A stretch of DNA of 62,974 nucleotides, counting the filler, from Phoronis australis (Eukaryota > Animalia > Phoronida): the NCBI GenBank assembly GCA_002633005.1. It is 6 parts of 6 records of this genome, joined end to end, with 100 filler letters (N's around TTAATTAATTAA, not from the genome) between each part and the next. Parts side by side here need not be neighbours in the genome. Positions count along the whole stretch, not along the records: positions 33,217 to 56,025 come from NMRA01001385.1; positions 56,126 to 59,222 come from NMRA01003226.1; positions 59,323 to 62,974 come from NMRA01002917.1; 3 more parts are not named here. One strand, given 5' to 3'. Position 1 is the first letter of the stretch, and every line of letters begins with the position of its first letter. Positions 52,449 through 62,974 of this stretch are shown in pieces. The translations under genes were made by a program, and so were the position numbers. The notes beneath the pieces were generated by a model. The model was not told the DNA's origin. It searched no databases and was given only the letters and a program-made list of their open reading frames with translations.

Positions 52449-55400
52449 TTGCACGTTTACTACGACCTAGCCTCAGCGCAGTACATGGTGACAGCGAGAT
52501 TAAAAATGTGTTGCTGTTGTTAATCAGATAACATTATGAAATCAAAAGTAAAACAGAATTATAGTGAAAAGGGGGACCAATCTGTGCCCTTACTGACGGG
52601 GCCCCATTTCGTTGCTAAGTTACCCATTGACCTCATTTCTGCGGCCATTCTCGAGCCTGGATAGATCGGAGTCTTCTGGTCTCTGGGTAGGCACTAGGCT
52701 AATTACACCTAGGGACCGTTCACGTCCATGTAGGGAAGCTGAAGTGGGTTGGTCTCTGGAGCCGGCGGGCGAAAACGTGGAAAAATGAGTGCGGTGGTAC
52801 ACGACAGGTGTATTACAAGGGAGAATTTAAGAAAAAAAAAGGCCAGTACCGAAAGAAATGCAGTCGATAACATAAAATGGCTAACTGAACAATATCTTTC
52901 AGCATGTTTTCCGGACTGTTCGGCTGCATCACGTCTTTGAAGTGTCCGAATTTAAACAGCAGAGGAAGTAATTCGAAGTAACTTGTTCTCTAAACTAACT
53001 GCTCAACTCGAAGGTTAGCTCATACTAAAGAAAAAAATAACCCTCCTGGAACTCTGGTTGAAACAATGCGGAAAGAGTTTCAGCATTCTTGCGTGCAACC
53101 TTAATCAGTTAATGTTACATTGAGCATGACAGTGTATATTTTAAATTGTTTACTTTCACTATTAGAAAACAAAAATTAACTTTAAAGGATTCAGTTACAA
53201 TTGAACAACAAATGTACAACCGTAGTGGTTTAGAACTGGTAAAAATGGCTTTTTCGCTATCTGCTTTAAAATCCAGTCTAGAATACTCATTCCAAATATG
53301 ATGCCCATTGGGCAGGAATTTGGAATTTCAATGTGCATTCAATATCCTACTTTCAGTACGTAAAACTAAATTCGAAAATTTAAATTTGGTTCAGTGTCGT
53401 ACTTCCAATATACAAACTAAAAATTGATTCGAAGTAGAATACGGGTTTTCATTTTTCGTTTTACAAAATGGAAAATTTAATAAAATTTTAGAACGCAAGT
53501 CGTATTAAGAAACAAATAGATTTGCGTTTTCATTGAAAATCAAATTAATGTATTGCACCGGGTTTAACCGTATCAACTATGGCGTGTTTCATGCCCCTTT
53601 CTCACTAGACTGATCACTGTTGTTGTTGTTGCAAGCAAAACAAGCTATAAAATACGCTAAATTTGTGTGTTGTTTTACTCAATGTGACAGTTGTCTGATT
53701 TATCGCTGACATCCCAAATGCCGAAATCCGATTAATCAAGCACGGCTCACCCTCTCGTCTGCATAATTAATAATGAAACGAATGTGTTCCACCGTGTACC
53801 CAGTCACACACACACGTCTCGTGTATGTCTCTGCCGAGAGCGTTTCCGCAGATTTGATTAATGTTTTCAAAAGTCCGTTGGAATGCGATATCTATATCGA
53901 AGACTGGCACTTATGCAAAAGTACAGTTCTCGGAAGGTACATTATACACACAGGCGTTTAGCCCCAAGCATAATTCAGTCCACGTATATCCTTATGAGAC
54001 TGGTCTCTGCAGACGCGAGAACCTAGCGAAAATGCAAAATTAATAAGGTACAGATGCAGCCATGCATTACAAACGAAGTACGTTATCGCACAAGCTAGCG
54101 AAATGTTTTCGTTTACGCCGCGAACTCAGCCCATAACACCTCATTGAGCATCCGGAAGACCTTGGGTGTTCTTTTACCCACAAATTCTCCCTTGGAATTG
54201 TTTCATATCTGCGTATGTGCGAACGTCAGATATACGGCAAATATTTTTTATTTTATTTTCATAGTCTTGCACGCATATGAAACACTTCCCACGAAAGAGC
54301 TTAGGAAAATATCCAAGACGTTCTGAAGGTCCAAGGCCACGCGATTCGTATCTAGTTCTACCGAAGAATGGAGAGAGTCGGGTTTTACGCCAGTTTTTGC
54401 CAGTGATTGCCACGAATGGCATTCAGTAGTTCCTTGAAGTTGTTTTAAGTAAATGAAGTCCAGAATTTTAGCCTCTTCTCGTTTCTATCCGCCATTTTCA
54501 AAGCACATCCTTCTACAGAAAGGACTTTAACTTAGATTTCTGGAATCTACAGTGCAACAGCATTTGGATTTTTGTTTCCTCTCTTGTACTGGGGTAGTCG
54601 CCGGGAATTTGTGGCGGAACTCTGCAGAAGCCTGTTTTGTAGCAAAAGATCTTTACTGAATGGCTTCCTGCCACAGTTAAGGTCCAAAGCCCTCATAATT
54701 GAAAAAAAAGATATTTTAGGGTTTACATCTTCTGCAAAAATTATTATATTAGATTAAGTTTCTGCGACAGGATGACCTTTTAATTAAAGCATTCCACAAG
54801 TGTTTCAGACATGTACGCCGTCTGCTCGCTTACCGGAAGCTAAGTTGCGCACTGGAAGAGAATAGTGCCTCGTCTTCAAACTTCATAGGAAATACCTGAG
54901 TTTCAAATTTGTTGTCCGTGATCCATGATTTCCCACAAGCAGAAATATATTTTATGTCATAAACAATTCCCTAAGTCCAAATAGTCATTATCCAATGATT
55001 TAATTGCTGGACTAAGAGCCACTTGGTTGAACACAGGAAATACAATTGTAATCATAAAAGATTCCATTTCAATTCTTGGCATTTAATCGTAACAACGCTG
55101 CTGTCATCACATAAACCGTATGGTGTTGAACAGCAATTGACCCAATTCACGTGGCGGACATTGAAATCCAAAGCGAGGCTCACTGCGATAAACAAAGCGG
55201 AAATTTACATTGCGTGAGTTAAATTGCCGGTCTTTGGAGTCCAACCTGAATATTAAATCTTAAAAATGTGTCAATAATTAACCACAGAGACGTAGAAAAA
55301 TATCGTTAAAGAACAAGTCAATGCACCAAAGAGTTGTCTGACGAAAGGATATAAGTTTTTCCGGAAAACTAGGTTCGAAACATAAAAAGTAAACATGACC

Positions 55401-55935
55401 AAATTGCGGCGATCGTTGTGTTACGGATTAGGTATCATGCTGAATTCAGGGTTACATTTCTTCTAATAAATTCATGATAAAATGCTTTCTACACGAACCA
55501 GGTCATCTGGTCGTATTGTTGACGAGTTAAAGATATATTCGACAGTGTTGTCTCATAGCATTTTGCTGTCATGTGCAATTAGTTACATCTGGTTTAATTT
55601 GTTGATCAAGAGTAGGCCTAGCTTCAAGCATAGCCTAAATCCTGTTGAGGTAGGCACTACCGGGACTAACAGTTGATTTGTCATTGATCTGAAATAATAC
55701 ATGATGTTATTAAATATGTATTTTGATTACGATAAAAAACCGGGCTCGCAACTGAAAAAAAATTATATGACCATGAATTTTGCTTTCTTGGTTTTAATAA
55801 TTACATTTATTTCATGTGTTATATTTTTCAAATATCAATCTTGACCAAGTTGAATTTTAAAATCAAAACACCTTATTCTTTCGTCCAAAGCATAACCTCG
55901 TTTTAGAGCTCAATTTCAGTCAACTGGACAGAACA

Positions 55936-56025
55936 CAGTGGCGGATTTAGAAGGGAGCCAAGGGGGACATGCCCCCCCTCATAAAATTCTCCCAGATTCC
56001 ATTTGGCAGTTAATCAGGAGCGCGA
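55936..56025 (-). mobile_element. Partial copy of the CAGGGGCGGA MITE family (cut by gap)
   Basis: Reverse complement of the 3' end of 36776-37084 and 62059-62212. Confidence 0.7.
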
Positions 56026-56125
56026 NNNNNNNNNNNNNNNNNNNNNNNNNNNNNNNNNNNNNNNNNNNNTTAATTAATTAANNNNNNNNNNNNNNNNNNN
56101 NNNNNNNNNNNNNNNNNNNNNNNNN
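56026..56125. other. Artificial gap spacer
   Basis: N44-TTAATTAATTAA-N44. Confidence 0.98.
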
Positions 56126-56659
56126 GATAAAGACGCAAAAAATTAAAGACCAAGCATCCAAAGCCTTATTCACAGTGAAAAACACCAATAACCGCCTATT
56201 ATTTTGAATGACTTACTCTTATTAAAATTACATAACCAAAAATTCATTTCAAGCCTCAGAAGTGGACTTCTAAATAAATGTAGGTTCCTCGCTCGAAAAT
56301 AACCAAGAGCGGGGCCTTCTACATTAATATAAGAAGCTAGCTTGTTGGCTGCCTTCAGGTGGGGCCATCTATATTACCATAAGGAACCTTGCTTATTAAT
56401 CATAATAGGTCGTTTTAAATAGCGATCTGTTACATGTGCCCGTTTGAAGAGGTCCCTATAATCACTAGACTGCACATTTTGACAGTGAAATTAAACCAGT
56501 ATTACAATATGGGTCAGATATTTTGGGTTTTCATCCAGCCGCTGACGCGGAAAATTTACGCAACAAGTTCTGTGTATTCTCACTGGGCCCTGGGCAAAAT
56601 ACCACTCACTTAGCGTCCAGGGGAGAACAAGGAAGACACACCAGGCTAACATTAAAATT

Positions 56660-57325
56660 TTCGTTAATTATTAAGTACTGGTTGAAATTGCTTAATGTTG
56701 GCATTGAACACGTATATTATACAAATCTGTTATAACAAATCGATATTGTGCAATTTGGCTGAGCGAAATGTCACCTGCTGTTGGACATTATGCGTGAAGC
56801 AGTTACTGTTTGAGTATGGATTTGGTGTCGGTTGAGAAAGTCGGTCGGTTGGGGAGTTGAAACAACGAAATTTAGACATTAGTGGGCAGCAGTGGTATGA
56901 GTAATCGTTGAATGTCAGTCAATTAGATTCTTACAGATTATGCAAACATCAATTACTTATGAAAAAGTACGTCACAGGTGTAAAACCAAAAAATATCTAA
57001 AGGCTTTAGAGAGATTTAGAAGTTCAAATCATAACTTACAAATAGAAAGAAAAAGACATTTGGAAATCCTCAGAGATAATACATTCTGTACTGTTTGTGT
57101 CCCATGCGTTGTAGAAGACGAATACCATTTTTGATTAAGTGTCCACTTTATGAACTGTGAAATTACCTTAGATAATGCTGAATTGTGTAAATTTATGCAG
57201 TATTTGTTAGCATCTGGTATCAGAAAAGACGATGTAAGTACGTGAGTTTTTGTAATGTACTAAACAATTTGGCGTGTAGGCTGGACGCCTTTTGTACAAC
57301 AAGGAAATAAACTTATTCAAATTAG
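56660..57325 (+). mobile_element. Degraded LINE 3' end
   Basis: IIKYWLKLL (~56667) and KALERFRSSNHNLQIERKRH...FCTVC...VVEDEYHF (56940-57134) match the LINE ORF2 C-terminal motif. AATAAA is at ~57306. Confidence 0.78.
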
Positions 57326-59222
57326 ATAATGTTTTGGATCAATAAAAGGCAACGGGGTTTGGGAACAACTGCTGTTTCCCAGCCGGTGTCTCGTATTGTA
57401 TTGCATTGGCTGCATGTTTATGTACTTTTATGAAAAGCCATAAAGCTCTAGCATGAGCAACGTCACATTGTGAGAAACGTTTTTTGTCCCAAACCTCAGA
57501 GCAGCACCCCATGACTGAGCTAACAGATCAGTCAAAGCATTTGGTAAAAATGTTAAACCCATGTTTCCTGACATCTATTTACCGACAGGGGCGCTTTGTG
57601 CTCAGCCTGCGGATTCAGGTAGCGCCTTTGCCGTAGTCTTATTATCTAAATTCTCATGAGAGAGACCCCTAAACATTTATATTTAGTGGCATGTTCTCGG
57701 CCTAAAAATACAAGTTTAAAAACCTCTTTACCCCTTGAACCTTTTTATCTGGTTTTATTTGAAGATGGTTGAAGTGGAAGTTAGTAATGTTCTTAGAACA
57801 AGAGCGAAAAATTACATAGCTATGAAAACTGGAATTTCAACGGTGAGAAATTTTTAGTAAAATCAAGTTATAAATATACAGGGACACATTTCTCTGCATC
57901 GAGTCTTGTTGCAAGACCAATCTTCTAAAGCATTGTTTGTATTGAAAATGTAAGTTAATTTGTCGATGTGTCGCCGATCACGTGGTTACGGCAACTGTTT
58001 GACTCAAAAATGCAACATATATTACAACGTGGTTCAGGAATTTGAGATTTACACCGGGAACCGGATGTTGTAGTTGTTTATAACAAATTCTGAGATTTTA
58101 TACTTGTTCAAGGGGGAAATACACCAAATGTTGTCTCAGGGATGGCCTTGGGAGACATACTACGGGATTACTAAGGTATATTAAAATTGTGACATGAATT
58201 CTATAAACTAGTAAATAAACCTGCATCTCAGTTGTGAAATAATCGCATTATGCCTTCAAAAAAGAGTGTTTTGTGCTTTGTTGACTTGTGTGCATAGTAC
58301 TTATTTATATTGAAATAAAGATTGTCACCTATAGGCGGCATGGTTATATTTGAGAAAATAGCTTTGAGGCCCGTCGGGGTACCGGCGGAGATCTCCATGT
58401 CACGTGGCCACCTGTGAGCGGTACATGGTGGTCGTCAAACACCAACTGGTGGTTGTCACCTGAGAGGAGGCACTGGTAAATGACCGTCCCGGATTACACG
58501 GCGATAGGTCTCTCTATTGTTATGGAGATAAGAAAGCGCGTGACCTCGTCTTGGAACTGAATTGGGCACATTTCCGTGTCTCTCATTGACGTCGGGGAGG
58601 CGAAGAATTTCACATCACGCATCCACGGGCATTTGTCCAGTTTACCAATCTTTCTCACGAAGGAGTTGCAGCCCAAAGCATAACAGTATTACTTTATTAG
58701 CATTGGAAGGACGAATAAAGTACTGCGACCGAGGAAAACTTGTAAAGATTCAGACAACAACAAATAACGTGAGAAACTCCAATGGCACGAAAACGAGGCA
58801 GCACAAATGTGCCTAACCGATGTTTACGGCATTGGGGGTAAATACAGCGAGATTCCAGTGTCGCTGAGTAGACCGGGAGGGCTCCATTTCTAATCACTGT
58901 CTCTGTTCAACTCTGGCTTGTTACTACTATGCAACGGCGTCAGCTATAGATCTAATTCACGCCGACAGGAGGCGCGTTCCAAAACGAGGCTCGCTACGAT
59001 AGCTCTGTTGGCTTATCGGCATAGTTGTACTCCGCGTTGCTCGAACAGCTTGAAAAAATACGGACACTCAACTGTCTGTTTTACAATCCCTAAGGACGTT
59101 GAGATTCGGAAGTGTTGAGTCCTTGCCATACGCCACGACGAAGGAAAATATGTCCGTGTAAAATTTATAAATGTTTTCGAAAAGTCGCATCTCGGTTGCC
59201 GAGCATCGTTGCGCTGACCGCC

Positions 59223-59322
59223 NNNNNNNNNNNNNNNNNNNNNNNNNNNNNNNNNNNNNNNNNNNNTTAATTAATTAANNNNNNNNNNNNNNNNNNNNNN
59301 NNNNNNNNNNNNNNNNNNNNNN
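59223..59322. other. Artificial gap spacer
   Basis: N44-TTAATTAATTAA-N44. Confidence 0.98.
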
Positions 59323-62058
59323 GCAACTTTCAGGCCGCCTGCGCACGTGCAATCGCGCTTTGCCCAATTCCCCGAGACAACATGTTCGGCCCCCCATATG
59401 GCATCCTAGATCCTCCACTGACGACAATGCAGTATTAATGGGTGAGCAAACCCAACTCATGCTATGATTGGGCATACTTGAGTCTCTATCGGGACCCTTT
59501 TTGCACCGATCACTGGTTTTGCATGATTGAGATATTTTATAAATGGGGGACACGTGCCGCGCAAGTGAGCCCTGTAAAATTGAGTGGGGAGTTCTCGATC
59601 GAGGGTTCTATGGAAAACTACACGTTGCTTAAAAACAGAGCTCAAATATATTGTAACACCCAATGAAGCTAACCAGTAGTAAGAACCGTTTGATGTAACA
59701 AGACAGCAGCGACACCTCACGTCACTACAACAAATCCGTCACTGTGATTGACCAGTAAACGTAGGTGGACAATAAGATCACCCCACTATTGGTTGGTTAG
59801 TGGTCTGTCGCCTCCACAATGTCGGTGGTAGCGAATCATACAGTCCAAGATGCTGCCTGAAACATGTATCGTACTCGTAGATTTGCAATTGAGAACTAGA
59901 AAGCGTAGTCAATTTCACCAGAAAGTACGTTTTTGGCTACTGCCGCAGTGGGACCTTGGGCCCTTGTTTCGCTTACGTTTTCATATCTCAATACTGTATC
60001 TGAAATTTAGTTAGAAGCGAATTTTCAAATCAATTTTTGCTAACAACACTTAAATTCGTCTCAGCGCTTCCACTGGATGTTGAAATAAACATGTGACTTC
60101 TGGCTAGAAGTTATATGTTCAAGTTGTTATGCACCGTACGCGTACCTTATAAGTAAGTCTAGAAGATCTATCAGCAAGCTCCTTCCATTATGCAGAGTGC
60201 AAGGACAAAAGGAGGAGACGGTGTAACAAGTGGGCTGCTTTAGGCGGCTGTACAAGCAAACGATACAAGAAGTACATGGAGAAGAATTGTCGCAAGGCGT
60301 GCAAGCTTTGTGGTCAGTAACAATAATTGATTCCTAAATTTTTCTAAAATAGTAACATGACTTTGCTTAATCATCCACCCCAGGAACAGATAATACTCTT
60401 CGAACATAACCACCGTTGTCTCTGTGTTTGAGAACTTTATGGACTCTCCTGACAAAAACCAGTCTTTTCGGTGTCACTATTTTCAGTGCCACTGCACCAA
60501 GATTACAGCAATACTTTATCATATCTCCATCTGTTCATTTTGTGACACGCCTGCATGATTTATTTAGAGTTTACCTGTTTTAATCAGCCGCTACTTCCGT
60601 TTTGGATTCCGTATACTAAACTAGAAACAGTGACGTCACACGAGCAGGAAGCTTCACCCGACATTCCTGACGACAACATTCGTGCACAACGCGTGAACAG
60701 TTTGGTGACAAATGATCATCGAAGTCGTTTTGCTGAACAATATCGACTTACTTTGAAATGTAAATCTGTATTAATCCAGTAAAGTCCATAATCAAATTTC
60801 TCCCATACGCGTTGAATCAGTAGAGAGAAATACGGCCATGTAATAATGTTTTCCATATTCACCTCCGGCACTATTTCAACAGTGACTTCTGACATGGAAA
60901 AATCAAAAGGTAGGTCAATGTCGACTCCACTTCGTTGGCTGGTTTGATCATCAAACTTTCGGAAAATAGTTTAAAGTGATACAACTGCAGCAGTGTAAAT
61001 AACACCCCACAAGCAATCAGGTCTCAGTCGTAACATATGGAACAGGACTGTTAATTATATGACAGTTCTGTCCCAGTTTTCAATAGCTAAATATTATATC
61101 GTCTGCAACCTAAGCACCGATTTCACGGTAACTGCAATATCAAATATTGTTGTTATTTTAGTATTTTCCGAAGATTTACAACTTCATTGCACAATTATCC
61201 TTGTTTTTATCTTTGTTATCCCTTTGCAGGTAATAAACCATTACATTCAAAACTGTTTCTTTTACTAGAGAAAACTCACAAGCTAACGCGCAAGTACTTA
61301 CATATAGGACGTGATCCGCCGCGTGAACACTCGGGGCGAAGGACTTAAAAAATCTGCCAAAAATGAAAGAAACTTAGTAATAATTCGAAACGTATGGGAT
61401 AAATACAAAACGTATCTCAACTGACGTAGAGACATTATTGCGCGTATCGACCAAGACCGAAGGTCGAGGTCAATACGCGGAATAATGTCAAGTGAGATAT
61501 TACATTATCTACGCAACTCTCGATACGTTTTGCGTATAAATCACACCTGTTTAACTGGTACTTACTAGAAATGCAAGTCGAAGAAGCCATCTGCTTCACG
61601 TGGTTGATCATCAAGCATACCAATTTAACGTCGCTGGATGCAGATCTGCATTGAAGGTCACTAGTGCACTTTTACCCGAATTAGGTTACCCCCTAGTAAC
61701 CCTACCAAAGCGAGAACCATGACGATTGAAGATTTTAACGATGACCCCAGTATTTGCAAGCGGACAAAGGCCGCTGTTCTGTAGTTTTGGATTGCAACAT
61801 CTCTATCGCCAAAGTTGGTAGTTTTCTCTCCAATTGGAGAGAGCGGACATCGTTCCTATAATAACCAAAAAATTAAACTCCATGGCACGGAGATATAATT
61901 TTCAAGGCGAGTATTTACTTTGAAACCAAAAGCGAACTGCATTGATTCTGTCACTTACAATCTGACTGAATACCAAGCATCGATTTTGTCTCCGCTGGTA
62001 GAAAAGACTTTGCAGATAAGTTATTATAATGTTCTCAAAAGTGTGGGATTTCAGTTAA

Positions 62059-62212
62059 CAGGGGCGGATCCAGGATTTCGAGTTGGGAGGCTAGTGCAGA
62101 GTATTATCCAGGATTCTGCGCGTCAGACATTCGCAATCCCGAACTGCCAAATGGAATCTAGGAGAATTTTAGGGGGGCATGGCCCCCTTGGACCCCCCTA
62201 AATCCGCATCTG
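62059..62212 (+). mobile_element. Short copy of the CAGGGGCGGA MITE family
   Basis: CAGGGGCGGATCCAG...tgccaaatggaatctaggagaattttaggggggcatggcccccttg...ATCCGCATCTG, with degenerate flanks GTTAA/GTAAG. Confidence 0.72.
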
Positions 62213-62974
62213 GTAAGGAAACCATACAATAAGACCACATCCCTGCCCGAGAAGATTCTATCAGTGTATTACGCGAGAGATTGCTCTCGGATAATACCTT
62301 AGTTTATTTCAACATGTTGTTAATCCGGAGTATTTGTGGGTCTGCGCTTAGCATGTATTCGAAAGGGATTTTTTCGACGCACAACTGGTTGCAATGTAAA
62401 GATGCCGGTGTCTCCTATTGGAAAGAATTTGTACATTGAAATTTTTGAGAAATGTGTGTACCGTTGACGCACAGGTCTTTTTATTCTAATAATCATATTT
62501 GTTGTCAAATGTATGGACGTCTACGCTCAATACCGATATTTGGGGTCTGACTGGAAGCATCCCCACGTTCTCTGAATTACAGTAGAGAGCATTTAGGTGC
62601 CAAGCTGTTGGATAGAGAGTTGAATAAAGAGCACTTTGTTATGCTCTGTCCAGTGCGGGTACGTCCAAAGGGCGACGAGTAACACGGTTAAAAGCAGGTC
62701 ACGCATTGAGAATTGGACTGGGTGTAGTTTACGTAGGCCTGTATTAAATAATTGTCTAAAAAGGTACGGCGTATTGTGTCTGATTATGGGACCAATAGTG
62801 ATCGCCATAAAGGGAAAATGTAGCAATTGTTGGTGCATCTTAAGAACATACCTTCTGACGAAACATCAGTGGGATTGTTGATCACATCCGTCGAGAAGGC
62901 AAAAATTGTAGCGAGGAGGATATCGGGGGAACTAGGCAACTCCTGCGGAAATAGCGCGTAGACACTTGAATGAG

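Noticed and set aside
59325-59666. Near-open GC-richer frame after the last gap
   Set aside because: Internal stop, no recognisable family and no splice support.

Overview
This is AT-rich eukaryotic (animal, probably marine invertebrate) draft-assembly DNA, not prokaryotic. It consists of six segments joined by five identical artificial 100-bp spacers (44 N + TTAATTAATTAA + 44 N), so adjacency across spacers is not guaranteed. Most of the ORF track is noise. Supportable host coding sequence: two spliced minus-strand exons of a rolling stone/FAR-17a/AIG1-like membrane protein, a 90-bp ankyrin-repeat exon, and the 3' end of a ZIP (SLC39 subfamily II) zinc transporter with an unusual His-rich tail. 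The rest is mainly transposon debris: a deleted Gypsy (probably Gmr1-type) LTR element, a TSD-bounded BEL/Pao element, two LINE 3' ends, several MITEs, a tRNA-derived SINE-like head, and a non-autonomous Academ-like DNA transposon inserted in reverse orientation into another copy of its own family (~5.7 kb of inverted homology). Several apparent duplications sit on single Ns and are probably assembly or haplotype artefacts. I see no CRISPR array, rRNA or clearly new biological system. The nested Academ structure is the most unusual feature.
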